Made by a program: the position numbers and the translations under genes. Below are positions 12,839 through 33,900 of a DNA stretch of 64,000 nt, in pieces. The notes below the pieces were generated by a model that was not told where the DNA came from, did no database searches, and saw only the letters and a list, made by a program, of their open reading frames with translations. How positions within the stretch are numbered: the first letter of the stretch is position 1; the number at the start of each line of letters is the position of its first letter. Origin of the DNA: Eledone cirrhosa (lineage: Eukaryota); NCBI GenBank assembly GCA_964016885.1, contig OZ024740.1, positions 331,328,001 through 331,392,000 on the forward strand, written 5' to 3'.

Positions 12839-13375
12839 TTGTATGTTAATGTACGCGTGTGTATGTGTGTGCGTATATATGTGTGTGTGTGTATATATGT
12901 GTGTGTGTGTGTGTGGAATGTGTGTGTGTGTGTATGGGTGGACCAGTATTTTTGTAATACTGGTAAAATGGTGTACATTATTCGATATTTTCAGTAAAAA
13001 CGATTCTCTCAATAGAACATGAAAAACCTTAATAATAAAAGGTGTGAAATGATATATAGTATTGGCATAATACCAATGTGTGTGTGAGTGTCCAGATTGT
13101 ACGTACTGCAAGGGGAAACCATTAGGCCTTGCCGTATTGGAATACTTGTGTACAAATATGTTTGTGCCAATCAGTGTGTAATGCATGTGTGCGATTATGT
13201 ATGTGTGTGTGTCGGCACGTTTATATCTATAGACCTCAAAAGGTATGCACATTTGTGTATATTTGTGTTGCACCATAGAACATGTGTGTTTCCGTATGTC
13301 ATTGTGTTTATATGTGGACAGAGATGTATGCTGATGTAGGTATGTATGTTGACGTGTGTATGTTGTGGGTTCGTC

Positions 13376-13727
13376 TTAGGGTAAAGTGTTTAGACGGGGC
13401 CCGTATTTGTTAATAAAGTAAGATTCCTTGCTGATGCGTTGCGTGTGGGTGGCATTATCTTTAAATTTGTAGAGGGGAAAGATTCTGAAGTTGGGATGAT
13501 TTGGGGCAGCACAAGTAGCAATGTGTTCACTCAGTGGTATTTTCCTGTATTCCCGTATTTTAATTTGGGATCTATGGACAGTCATGCGTTGGCGGAGGCT
13601 GTTTTTGGTCTGGCCTATGTATTGTTCTAAACAACCTGAGCAAGTTAATACATATATTAGATTTTCTGATACGCATGTGAAATTGTGTTTTACTATAAAA
13701 CGTTGTCCTTCTTTGAAATAGAATTCC
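13376..13727 (-). mobile_element. 5'-truncated Penelope-like element (Neptune-like GIY-YIG fragment)
   Basis: FTCVSENLIYVLTCSGCLEQYIGQTKNSLRQRMTVH...ESYFINKYGPRLN; the N-terminus of the called ORF runs into an unrelated repeat. Confidence 0.85.
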
Positions 13728-18270
<4,543 letters not shown>

Positions 18271-18275
18271 AAATA

Positions 18276-20853
18276 AATGAGTAGCAGTCTGAGGGTGACG
18301 CTAACCACCCCAGGACCGACAACCCCAACACCAGGGCACGTGTGTGTGTATATGGTAACGGGGGACCACCCCACGATAGATCTCCCAGCGCGGGCAACGA
18401 CCACCCCACAGATTCGGGCCGTGAAGATAGCAAAACGCATAGCTCCCAAAGGGGAAGCAACAGTGCGGGAAAGACCAGCAACCCAACAAATCTCCAACAA
18501 CTCACGACGCTGATGACCCACACATGTAGGAGGAGAGACAGAAAAATCACGTAGTACAACCCACCCTACTCAGCGGCCCTAAAGCACAGCTTGGCCCGAT
18601 CATTCTTTGGAGCACTTGATAAATGATTCCCAAGGTACGATAGATACGACAGGATCTTCAACAGACACACTGTGAAGCTCTCGTATTCCACCACGAGAAA
18701 TCTGGCCCAACACATAGCTAGCATCAACATGAGTAGGCTTAAAAACCACACACAACCAGAAGATGGCAATACAAGCACTCAGCAGAACCATGTGAAAAGA
18801 GGGAAGGGGGGACCCAATGCCCACCCAAGAAACCCAAACAGACCCGGGGACCCCCCACCGTGTCTGGGGGAAGGCCACCATGTAACACCTAACGGGAACC
18901 CCAATCTAGGCACACAGAGGTCGACCACCCTCTGCAACTGCAGAAACCCCGAATCATGCCCCCTTGGTAATGAATGCCTTAAGAAGAACCTAGTATACGG
19001 TTGTAGGGTTAAAACCCCCAACTCCGAACACCTCTACATAGGAGCCACATCCACGAGCTTTAAAGACCGCTGGTACAACCATTGCCATTCCTTCAATAAG
19101 GAAGCCAAAAGGAAAAGCACGGCACTCTCCGACCTGATCTGGAAGCTTAAGCTGGGCAGGACCCCGTACTCTCTGACCTGGTACACAATCAGGAAAGTAC
19201 CACCCGATAAAGGGGGATCTTGCATATGCAAACTATGCCTGAACGAGACACTCGAGATACTAAGAGGTGGAAGCGGCCTGATAAACCTCAGAACCGACTT
19301 CTTCGGGACATGTCGACACATCAGGGGCGGGACCTTCCTCAAGATATATGGACAGTAGCAACACAAGGAGATGGGAACTCCCCTCAAGCTATAGGTATTT
19401 CTACAGAACATGCAGACACCTCTCGGCCACACCTCCCTCAAGCTATATGGGCAATAACAACAACCTAGGTTGAGAAATCCCCTCAAGCCAAAGGGAACAA
19501 CGCAGGCTGTGCAGACACCATGATAGCCTCGACATTGATTCTGACACAGCCATTATAATTTGGCCAACATCTTTATAACACACACACATTTTAATTTATT
19601 TGATTTTTGATTTTTCAATTTTTTAATTTTTCAATTTTGATTTATCATTATTAATTTGTTATTTGTTTTCAGTTCTCTTCACTTTATCACCTTATATTTA
19701 TTTTTAAGTTGAGATTGGTTATAAGACAACACATTTTATTTGATTATCTTATTATTTTACCATATTTATCCTCATACCAATCTATCCAACATATGTCTGA
19801 CCTTGAGATTGGTTATAGCACACACACACTTTATCTTACTTTATTTGATTTTCAGTTCTCCATATTCATTTTCATTACTTTTTCATTACTTTTTCATTAC
19901 TTTTTCATTAATTTTTCATTTATTTTTATTCTCTATTTATTATTTATTTTCTGTTTTCTTCATCGTATTGCCTTATATTTCTTCATATACATGGAATGAC
20001 CCACCCCCCACACACTCACACACATACACACACACACCACCACCAACACGGGACATGGTAGCAGGATGGATGAAGAAACACACACACAGATATTTCTAAA
20101 TTGTCAGCAGCAGCAAGACATAAGCTGACCACAACACCAACAACACTACCAAAATAAGTGTAGGGGCCAGACGTACTTAACAATAGCAATCACAAACACT
20201 ACAGTGAACCTCACCCCAGAAAGAATTTCTATAGACTTTGAACTGAGGAATGCTCTCAAAACTAACCAATGGGAAGTTTGACACTTTTTTTTAAATTGTT
20301 CCTTTACCCTCTTATTCCGTCTACCAATTTATCATTTTTTTTCAGCTAACTCCAACAATAACAACACTACCAACACAAGAATAGAGGACAGATGTACCTA
20401 ACAATAACATCAACAACAACTGCAGATTGGCTTGCCTCAGAACGAATTTCTATAGACTTTTGAATGAGGAATGTTCTAACAACTGACCAATGAGAGGAGA
20501 AGAGGCCCTTTGACACTGAAATTCGTCTGTTTGAATTCATATGACTCCAGTTCCTCAGTGAAATAACAACCCAACAGGAACTGGGCATTTCAGAGTATTG
20601 ACAAAGTTATACACCTCAACAACATATGTACTTTTCTATACCACACTAATTCGGACTGCCTGAAGGGGTCAGAGCCAAAGACGGATGTCACGGAAATATA
20701 TATAGTAGTAATAAACGAAGCTATTTTTAAAACATTTGACTTTTATATTTTATTTTATTTTACATTACTCCTGAGTAACCAAACCAATCTGCGCACTTCG
20801 TCGAGTGCTCCATACTGCATACTGAGGTGTTGGTATACAACCAACATATACTA

Positions 20854-20855
<2 letters not shown>
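18276..20855 (+). mobile_element. Penelope-like element family A, copy 2 (5'-truncated, head-to-head with copy 1)
   Basis: ORF 18672-19358 has CNCR..CPLGNECL, LVYGC..YIGATSTSFKDRWYNH, CKLCLNE; long 3' UTR; decayed HHR at about 20654-20709; short extension into 5'-UTR sequence, then (TA)n. Confidence 0.88.
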
Positions 20856-20933
<78 letters not shown>

Positions 20934-20956
20934 CATACATACATACATACATAGAT

Positions 20957-21010
<54 letters not shown>

Positions 21011-21014
<4 letters not shown>

Positions 21015-22045
21015 AGATAAGCAGAACAAGTAAAATTCAACCAATTTTTCAAAATAAATCAAAATTAATTTAAAATCAAAATTAATCAAAGTTAAAAAAT
21101 ATAATATAAATATTTACCTATTCAAATGGCCCTTACTGTACAGTTTCACTTTGCAAAACATTAGATATCACATGGATATTAATGGAAAAACAAAGATCAT
21201 CAGAGAAGAATTTTCCTTTTCTAGGGTTAAAAAACCCCAGGAACGATAAAATGTATGACTTCTTCCCCAGCTAACACAGGCCTGAAAGGTCGTAAAAGTG
21301 ACCGGTATGTACGCCGGTGTGAAGTGAAGGCGGGAAATCACAGACTTGTTGTCTATAGTCGCCACTAAAAATAGCAGCTAGATAGAACGACAGATTTGTT
21401 CTCTACATAACGGAGAATAATTAATAAAGTTAATATGTCTGAGGGTACAAGGTACCCCCAGAAATACATAGGTTGTCTATGATTCAAGGTGTTTCTATGG
21501 TAATAATTTGATATACCAGAACTTAATATCAAGATAAGCAGAACAAGTAAAATTTAACCAATTTTTCAAAATAAATCAAAATTAATTTAAAATAAAAATT
21601 AATAAAAATTAAAAAATATAATATAAATATTTACCTATTCAAATGGCCCTTACTGTACAGTTTCAATTTGCAAAACATTAGATATCACATGGATATTAAT
21701 GGAAAAACAAAGATCATCAGAGAAGCATTTTCCTTTCCTAGGGTTAAAAAACCCCAGGAACGATAAAATGTATGACCTCTTCCCCAGCTAACACAGGCCT
21801 GAAAGGTCGTAAAAGTGACCCGTATGTACGCCGATGTGAAGTGAAGGCGGGAAATCACAGACTTGTTGTCTATAGTCGCCACTAAAAAAATAGCAGCTAG
21901 ATAGAACGACAGATTTGTTCTCTACATAACAGAGAATAATTAATAAAGTTAATATGTCTAAGGGTACAAGGTACCCCCAGAGATACATAGGTTGTCTATG
22001 ATTCAAGGTGGTTCTATGGTAATAATTTGATATACCAGAACTTAA
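21011..22045 (-). mobile_element. Tandem dimer of a 517-bp hammerhead-containing non-coding unit (putative retrozyme)
   Basis: Units start at 21011 and 21528 with few substitutions; microsatellite on both flanks. Confidence 0.8.
21130..21207 (-). ncRNA. Type I hammerhead ribozyme with enlarged loop II (second copy 21647-21724)
   Basis: UUCU-CUGAUGA-U CUUUG...CAAAG U-GAAA-CUGUACA-GUA^-AGGG; palindromic helix III ACUGUACAGU; helix I rich in G-U pairs. Confidence 0.7.
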
Positions 22046-22053
22046 GGTAAATA

Positions 22054-22087
<34 letters not shown>

Positions 22088-22099
22088 GAAACAAGTAAG

Positions 22100-22193
22100 A
22101 CCCCAACGGCTGAGCTCAAGCCGTTTCGACGGCTAATTCTGTACTGAATGAAAATTTATTCTGGCATTTAAATAGCCGAACTTATCAAGGGGT
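22100..22193 (-). ncRNA. Variant hammerhead (U3-A8 core), inverted copy
   Basis: ACCCC-UUGAUAA-GUUCGGCUA...UAGCCGUC-GAAA-CGGCU ugagcuc AGCC-GUU^-GGGGU. Confidence 0.7.
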
Positions 22194-23598
22194 AATTCCA
22201 TTATGCTCGGAGGAAACATTACAAATGCTGTTTTCGACGGACCAACTCCTAAACAAGAAAGATGAACTGGTTACTGCATGTAAACACCGATTACGTAGGA
22301 CTTACCTCGCCCTCAAACCCCATAATGACCCGGGGGGGGGGGGGGGTTAGACTAGGACTATAACACCCCACTTGCCTATTTTGTAATGGGTAACCCCTGC
22401 TTGCCAATGGAGACGTAAGATCTTCTTTTACATTCTTTTATCGCTTCCTCTATATTTCCTCCTTCCCCCATCCCTCCCTAGTCATTCTACCCCAGTTCCC
22501 TTTCTTTGTCGTCGTCTTTTTCTCGCCCACCCGAGGTAGCCCATCGGTCCCTTGTAGCTTCAGCACCCCACCCCCTCCCATATTCTATGATAGATTTGGC
22601 TGACTCCGCTTTTTATAGCAGAGGTGTTAGACTTCGGATACTCGCCCCCTTCTCCGACCGCTGTCCCTTTTTTCCGTGCCTTCTATATTTCTTAGTGGCA
22701 TCTTTGCTTTAATTTCTCGTTTATCCAGTATTTCTTTTTTCTTTTTCCCTTTTTTTTGCGGGGGGGGGGGGGGGGGGGCGGGGGGGGGGGGGGGGTTCCT
22801 GTATTAATTTTTCGTTCTTTACTTTTACTTCGTACGATCTTTCATGTAGCTTGTATAAGACATTTTGTTTCGTGGCGGTACCCTTAGAGTTAGCACTAGT
22901 TTTTTTTTTTTTGCAGGACACTGAATTATATTCTCGTACTAGTTTACTTTCTTGCACTGGGTGGTTGCTGGCCCTGTGATTGGGGTAGAAACCTTTATTA
23001 TTTTCGTGGTAGTCTCTTTAGTATTCTGGCCCCCCCTTTGTTGATCCGTCACCGTACGATACACGCACTTATACCTCGTATAAGGGTCCCTTTATTTCCG
23101 TCCCACCTTGTTTTTCCTATTATCATTATTTATTTTTTTATTCTACATTATATATATATATATTTTTTTTTTAAATTTATTTATCTATTCTTTTATTTAC
23201 TTATTTGTTTATTTATTTATTTATTTATGTATTTCTTTCTTTGTTTATTTATTTATTTATGTATTTCTTTAGCCTAGCTATAGCGAGAGACTTATGTCTT
23301 AGTAACCAGATTTTGCATTTTTTTTTTCTCTCTCAGTACCTTTTATAGTTTTACCTTTCATTGTTCTACTTACCGTTTCGACCTCCTCCCCTCCCCCACC
23401 CCAGTATCCTCTTTAACCTCACACCCAGCTGTAGCTGGCACTACCAACGCATGAATGGGTCTACTCCACCCTCTCTCCCTTTTTCTCATACCGGCAGGTT
23501 TAGCTACCCCTTCCCCCACCAACTTGCCATCCAAGATTTACTACTAACTTGTGATGTGACCAATCCTGGTGATTATCTCTTTGACCATATATGGAATT

Positions 23599-23692
23599 AC
23601 CCCTTGATAAGTTCGGCTATTTAAATACCAGAATAGATTTTCATTCAGTACAGAATTAGCCGTCGAAACGGCTTGAGCTCAGCCGTCGGAGT
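23599..23692 (+). ncRNA. Variant hammerhead (U3-A8 core) in family B pseudo-LTR
   Basis: ACCCC TTGATAA GTTCGGCTA...TAGCCGTC GAAA CGGCTTGAGCTCAGCC GTC GGAGT. Confidence 0.7.
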
Positions 23693-23807
23693 CTTACTTG
23701 TTCCTATTACCCACTCTACTACCCTAAGTATTGAGTACTTTGGTGCGTTATGGTCCACCTGGTTCCTTACCACATTTCCTTCGTTATATATATATATATA
23801 TAAATAT

Positions 23808-25010
23808 AAGGCGGGTAAAATTCCCGTGATCCATGAACGAGTTCTCTCCAGCGGTATCTGCCCCCCATTATCGCTGCCATGTCCTGCGTCTCCAACAGAC
23901 CAGTGTCTGTCCTTAGGGCATCAACATACGTTAACCTTGGTCTTTCTCTTCTAGTGTGTCCATGTAGGACCTCCCACAGGAGCACTGAGTGCAATGTCAA
24001 CTCTGGATGTCGGTGAGTATGTCCAGCTAACCTCAGTCTCCTCTGTGTCACTTTTGAGCTGACTTTTGGGATGCTCCCATACAGCTCTGAGTTTTTCATC
24101 CTCAGTGTATACTGATTAATGTTCAGAGCCATCCCCAGCATTCTCGTGTAGCACCCATCCACCATCTGAGTGAGTTTCTTGGTCAATGTCCAAGTCTCAG
24201 ACCCATACAGCAGCACAGACACCACTACAGCAATGAAGAGGGGGACCTTCAGATCTCTACGAAGGTCCGACTTCCACACCGATCTCAAGCCGTGGCACGC
24301 CGCCAAGGCCTTGCTCTTCCTCTCAACCACATCATCTTCCGTATTCCCAATCTTTGCTCCCAAATACAGGAAGCCCTCAACCAATTCCAGCGGCTTCCTG
24401 CCTACATTAGTGATCCCCTCTGACTTCGCAACATTCTCTACCAGATATTTTGTTTTAGTCTCATTCATTCTCATTCATTCTCAGCCCCACACTCATCGAC
24501 ACAGTCTCAACCTCCCGCATCAAATCCTCTGCCTCCTTCACTGGATTTATCACCAAAACTATGTCGTCGGCAAATTCAGCATCCGACACCATGATCTACC
24601 ATCTCTGAAGCCGTTCTGGTTGTCCCTGAGCTTCTTCTCCATCTCAGGCTGGATCCTGTTAAGAATCATCCTGTTGAGGGTCTTTGCCACAAGTGACGTC
24701 AGTCAGATCACCCTGTAGTTGTTGGTGTTAGAGAGATCTCCCTTCTTTGGCACTGGGACGATGTTACTGATCCTCCACTGATTCGGGGCAACTCCTTTCT
24801 CCAGTGCCCCGTTACAGAACCCCAGGATGATATCATCAAAATCACACCTCTTCATCACCTCTGATGCCACTCCATCTTCTCCATGAGCCTTGCCCTCCTT
24901 GATCCTCTCCTTGGCTCTCTGAAGCTCCTCTCTGGTGAATGGCTCTGTCTCAACATCCAGTTCTTCAAACAGCCGCCTGATCTCCCCAGTGCTCTGGGCT
25001 GTGGAGGGTG
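23808..25010 (-). mobile_element. RTE-like non-LTR retrotransposon remnant (5'-truncated, internally deleted RT)
   Basis: VPVPKKGDLS..NYRVI, NRIQPE..NQNGFR, EFADD, FLYLG, VLLYGSETWTLT, RRLRLAGH; 3' end abuts (TA)n. Confidence 0.85.
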
Positions 25011-25166
25011 ATTGATTCTTTAGAATCGGGCATATGATCAGTGGCAGTGAGAATTTTCAGTGGCTGGAATCCAGTCCTCGATAGCTGTTCCAGTTGCCGA
25101 ATTATTATTATTTTTATATGAGTCCCCAGTGTCCGCGCATCGCCTGGAGACTCGGCTGAGAATGAC

Positions 25167-25246
25167 CTCCCTGATGACGCAATGAAATTCTCAACAGTTC
25201 ATTACGTAACTGTCTTTATCCCATTGCAGAAACTAATTAGTTCGAG
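25167..25246 (+). ncRNA. Type I hammerhead-like motif, copy 1
   Basis: CTCC CTGATGA C GCAATG...CATTGC A GAAA CTAATTA GTT CGAG; palindromic helix III ACTAATTAGT; first helix I pair mismatched. Confidence 0.6.
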
Positions 25247-25434
25247 TGAAAATTTAAGTAAGTAAGTTAATTTAAAAAAAAAAAAAATTTTAAAGAAATT
25301 TTCTTATTTTACGTCTTATATATTATTGTTCTGCATTCTCCTGCATTGAACCACCTAGGTACTATGACATAACCTGTGTATTTGCTGGCATTAGCGTACA
25401 TCTGTGTGCTTATGTTAGTAGATATATTAAATTA

Positions 25435-25509
<75 letters not shown>

Positions 25510-25921
25510 CTTTCTTATTTACGTATTTCATATAATTGTTCTGCATTCCCCTGCATAGAACCACAAAGTTACTAAGACAAAGCATATATATCTGCTAGTA
25601 TAGGTATGCATCTGTATACATATGTCGGTAGATATATTAATTCTTTATAATTATCTCCAAATTATTTGCTGAGCAAAATTTGCCAAATTACTACTGTGAC
25701 TGATATTAGTAGCTAGGCTCTGTCTTAATAGCACCCCCACTCCAAGCTGGTTAACCTCAGTGTCACGTGATTGATTCTTTTGAATTTGCCACTTGACCAA
25801 GAAGGCAGTGAATTTTTCAATGGCTTGGAATCTAGCCCCGCTCGCTTTTTTCCATCCACTGAATTATTTTTATATAAGTTCCCAGTGTCCCCGCATTGCC
25901 TGGAAACTTAGCTGAGAATAG

Positions 25922-26000
25922 ACTCCCTGATGACGTAATGCTTCTCTATAGTTATTACGTAACTATATTTGTCCCCTTACAGAAACTAGTTAGTTGGAGT
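25922..26000 (+). ncRNA. Type I hammerhead ribozyme, copy 2
   Basis: ACTCC CTGATGA C GTAA...TTAC A GAAA CTAGTTA GTT GGAGT; 5-bp helix I. Confidence 0.7.
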
Positions 26001-26047
26001 GAAATTTTAGTAAGTAAGTCAATTTTCATAACTTTCTTATTTACGTC

Positions 26048-26099
<52 letters not shown>

Positions 26100-26638
26100 A
26101 AATGTGTGTAATCCTTGGTACAGTTAGACAGGGGGGAAGAAAAAATGGCTTCACTTGTGCTTTCAACATATTTATTTTCTTCACAAAATCCAAAAAGAAT
26201 TTTTCTTAAAAAAAATTATTTTATAAATTAAGTTGTTGGTTGTTGGTTAGGTCTTAGGAATTCTTGGTTAACGTAGGAGGTATTGTTTCGCTTTTAGAAA
26301 GACCTTTCACGCTGAGGTGCGCTTGTCAAACTGATGTGTATGTGGTGTGTTGTTCTATATATAGGGATTTAACATGTCTGTGGTGTGGTGGGGGTTTCTT
26401 TTCTCCCCCTTTAATAAGTGCATGGGTGTAGGTGTGTTGAAAAAGTGTTCATAGCTGTAATGAGTTGAGACGGTGAGTAGGGTTGGGTGGGGAGAAATGT
26501 AGCAAGTGCGGCCTGCCCCGGTCATTCTCGAAAAATTCCTTTATTCAGGGGAAAAAGCTTTTAGCATTGCTTTTGTGTTGAGAATGGTCACAGGCAAATC
26601 GCACCTGTCAAGTTTGTGAATCATTATTTTTTTCTTCT

Positions 26639-27502
26639 TTGCAAACCCGTCACCAATACTTAAATTTCCGGTCACCACACCCCTCACATACGAAAAGGAA
26701 CATTCCCTTCAACATGGCAAGGCGCATCTGCACTATAGCAACACACCCCGTACTACAAGAAAAAAGATTATGTGACCTGAAAAAATTCCTTAAAAAACAA
26801 GAATACCCGATGAAACTCATCAACGCAGCCATCTCCAAAGCTGAGAACATCCCAATAACAACACTGAGAAAACCAAACCCACAACATAAAAAAGAAAACC
26901 CTGCTATCTCTTTTGTCATCACTCACAACCCAGGGAACATCAACATTGTGAAAACTGCTAAGCAGTATCTCCCGATTCTACAGCAATCTACCAAAATGAA
27001 TGCACTTTTAAAAAACACACAGATAATTTATAGCAGATGCCAAGCACCCAACCTTAAAAAACTAATTACCAAGGCAAAATTTACGACCAGCATGGAATCA
27101 ATGCAAGTGACGAAATGCGGGGACCGTAGATGTGGAACCTGTGAACTCATCGAAGAGGGCAAACATTTGTCCTTCAAAAACCATGATAATTTCAAGGTCA
27201 ATGCTAACATGAACAGCAAAACGAAAAACCTAATATATTGCGCAACATGTCCACAGTGTAAAGAATATTACATTGGGGAAACCGGAACGGGATTACATGA
27301 TAGAGTCCGGGTACATAAACAACAGATTAAAGACCCCACAGTCAGAAATACCACATGTAGCGCACACTTTGCATCATGCGGGAAGGGAAAATTCACAATC
27401 TTCCCTTTCTTCAAGATATGGTCGGATAACGAACATTTCCGCAGATATAAACAAGAATTCTTCATTGAAAAATTTAAACCACTACTGAACACGAAAAAAT
27501 GA
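26639..27502 (+). pseudogene. PLE ORF fragment: RT thumb, Cys cluster and GIY-YIG endonuclease (5'-truncated, open frame)
   Basis: SPHPSHTKRNIPFNMARR, KCGDRRCGTC, NLIYCATCPQCKEYYIGETG..L.DR.RVH, EFFIEKFKPLLN. Confidence 0.85.
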
Positions 27503-27555
27503 ATTAACACTCGGAGGTAAAATTCCATATCACTACCCCCCCCCCCCCCTCTTCT

Positions 27556-27723
27556 TATGTATACACATGAATATCTGAGTGAACGGTGAAACACACACAT
27601 ATGTGTGTGTAGGGATGTATGGATGTATGTACGTGTGGGTATATATGTATGTGGGTGTGTGTATATGTGTGTGTGTGTATATATGTGTATATGTACATGT
27701 ATGTATGTGTATGTGTGTATATA

Positions 27724-27776
<53 letters not shown>

Positions 27777-28175
27777 ATAGATATGTATGTTTATGTGTGT
27801 GTGTATGTATGTGTATGTACCTATATATATGTGTGTGTGGGGGTATGTATGTGCATATATGTATATATGTGTGTACATATGTGTATGTTTCTGTTTGTGT
27901 ATATGTATGTATGTAGATGTAAGTGTATATATGTATATATATGTATATATATGTGTATGTGTATATGTGTCTTTATGTGCTCGTGTGTACGCACACACAT
28001 ATATATATATGTATATATGTATGTGTGTATGTATGTGTGTATGTGTATATATATGTATATATATATGTATGTATATATGTATATATATATATATATATGT
28101 ATGTATGTACATGTATGTGTATGTATGTATGTGTGTATGTAAGTACTTGTATGTGTATGTGTATGTGTATGTATG

Positions 28176-28213
<38 letters not shown>

Positions 28214-28942
28214 TATATGTATGTGTATATATATATATGGATATATATGTATGTGTATATGTATGTGTATATGTGTGTATGTGTCTATATGTGTTTATGT
28301 GTACATATATGTATGTGTATGTGTGTGTATATATATATAGATGTATGTGTGTATGTGTGTGTGTGTATGCATGTATGTGTGAACGAAGGGGTATATATAC
28401 GGACATATGTATATGTTGTGTGTGTGTGTGTGTGTGTATACACATGCGTGTGTGTGTGTGTGTGTGTATGTGTGCGTGTATGTGTATATATGTATATTTA
28501 GTTATGCATCTTTATGTGTGTATATGTATGTATATGTATGTATGTATATGTATTTATATATGTGTATATATATATATGTGTGTGTGTATATATATATATA
28601 TGTGTGTGTGTGTGTATATGTGTGTGTATGTGTATATGTATGTATATATGTATGTATATATATATATATGTATGTATGTATATATATATATATATATGTA
28701 TGTAGGTATATGTGTATGTGTATGTGTATGTGTGTATATATATATATATATACCCATGTGGAGGTATGAGTACATATTCGTGTGTGTACGTATGTATATG
28801 TGTGTTTTTATATGTGTCTCTATATGTTTTTGTGTATGTATGTCGATGTATTTGTGCATGGGTGTGTGATTGATGGTGTGTGCCTATATGTTCCTACATA
28901 TGCCCGTGTGTGTATGTACGTATATGCGCACATATGTGTGTG
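27556..28942. repeat. ~1.4-kb compound (TG/TA/TATG) microsatellite
   Basis: Almost purely alternating purine-pyrimidine sequence. Confidence 0.95.
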
Positions 28943-29507
28943 GTGAACAAAGGACTAACTTCGGGATGGACGTAGAAAAATTCTTCAGGAAAAAAAGAAG
29001 AAAAAAATTATTATTCACAAACTTGACAGGTGCGATTTGCCTGTGACCACTCTCAACACAAAAGCAACGCTAAAAGCTTTTTCCCCTGAATAAATGAATT
29101 TTTCGAGAATGACCGGGGCACGCCGCACTTGCTACATTTCTCCCCACCCAACCCTACTCACCGTCTCAACTCATTACAGCTATGAACACTTTTTCAACAC
29201 ACCTACACCCATGCACTTATTAAAGGGGGAGAAAAGAAACCCCCACCACACCACAGACATGTTAAATCCCTATATATAGAACAACACACTACATACACAT
29301 CAGTTTGACAAGCGCACCTAAGCGTGAAAGGTCTTTCTAAAAACGAAACAATACCTCCTACGTTAACCAAGAACTCCTAAGACCTAACCAACAACCAACA
29401 ACTTAATTTATAAAATAATTTTTTTTAAGAAAAATTCTTTTGGGATTTTGTAAAGAAAATAAATTTGTTGAAAGCACAAGTGAAGCCATTTTTTCTTCCC
29501 CCCTGTC

Positions 29508-29667
<160 letters not shown>

Positions 29668-29679
29668 TATACATATAAT

Positions 29680-29935
29680 TGGAAAAAATGAAATTTCATT
29701 TCTCACTCTTAGTACGGCTGATACTCAAATATAAGTATGTATACGTACAAACATATATGTATACAGACGTACAGTAGTATGTATATATATACATATATGC
29801 ACACATATATATATATGTAAGTATGGGTTTACCGAACATTTATTATATTGCTTGGTTTGTTTGTAAACAAACAGCCCGAATTATTAGACGTACATTGTTC
29901 GGCAATGATCGTTGCCATTTCGTTCAACTCTGACA
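29680..29935. repeat. Fragment related to the 474-bp family at 50616-51420
   Basis: Shares GAAATTTCATTTCTCACTCTTAGTA...ACAGACGTACAGTAG...TTTGTAAACAAAC. Confidence 0.7.
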
Positions 29936-29952
29936 ATATATATATATATATA

Positions 29953-31957
<2,005 letters not shown>

Positions 31958-31966
31958 TATATATAT

Positions 31967-33299
<1,333 letters not shown>

Positions 33300-33304
33300 T
33301 TATA

Positions 33305-33349
33305 GCTCTGACGAATCCTACGGTTACTTAAGGAAGAAACATTGTAAGC
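33305..33349 (+). ncRNA. Minimal type I hammerhead in a ~200-bp island between (TA)n tracts
   Basis: GCT CTGACGA A TCCT...AGGA A GAAA CATT GTA AGC. Confidence 0.6.
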
Positions 33350-33503
33350 CAATAAAAATGTTTTGATGTTGTAGACGCTCTTGTGTTCTTTATCATATAT
33401 ACGGCTCTGCTCCAAAGCATAGAGCTAATTATTATGCTGCCAATACCTTAATGGGACACGGGTATACAATATCTAACTCCTATTAACCTAAGTATATATA
33501 TAA

Positions 33504-33536
<33 letters not shown>

Positions 33537-33564
33537 TGTGTGTGTGTGTGTGTATATATATATA

Positions 33565-33728
33565 AACAAGAAGTGTAAGTCAACAGGTTTTCTCCAGAAA
33601 TAGCCGTCGAAGCGGCTTAATCTCTGCTGTCGGGTTTAAACACCTTCCTATTACCCACTCTACTACCATAAGTATTGAGTACTCTGGTGCGTTATGGTCC
33701 ATCTGGTTCCTTACCACACTTCCTTCAT

Positions 33729-33764
<36 letters not shown>

Positions 33765-33900
33765 TATAGGAAAAAGTATGACCCTGACGGCAGAGCTCTG
33801 CCGTCGGGGTCATACTTTTTCCTATTTTTCCACTCTACTACCCTAAGTATTGAGTACTCTGGTGCGTTATGGTCCATTGGTTCCTTACCACAATTCCTTT
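33565..33900. repeat. Rearranged fragments of the family B pseudo-LTR end
   Basis: Two direct copies of CCACTCTACTACC.TAAGTATTGAGTACTCTGGTGCGTTATGGTCCA and a small hairpin at about 33768-33824. Confidence 0.7.

Larger units (their letters stand above)
22087..23785 (+). mobile_element. Penelope-like element family B, 3' fragment with 5' inverted pseudo-LTR piece
   Basis: 22201-22350 encodes LCSEETLQMLFS..LLNKKDELVTACKHR; 22087-22200 is the reverse complement of about 23592-23703. Confidence 0.8.
25010..26050 (+). mobile_element. Diverged partial tandem of a hammerhead-containing non-coding repeat
   Basis: About 25040-25320 recurs at about 25800-26050; one HHR in each; internal (TA)n and a local duplication. 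Confidence 0.65.

Noticed and set aside
18624-18626. In-frame TGA at a Cys position (LDK*FP versus LDKCFP), suggestive of selenocysteine as reported for some Naiad PLEs
   Set aside because: Single substitution in a decayed copy that also has a TAG at a Trp codon; the other two copies have TGC and the intact ORF has no internal TGA
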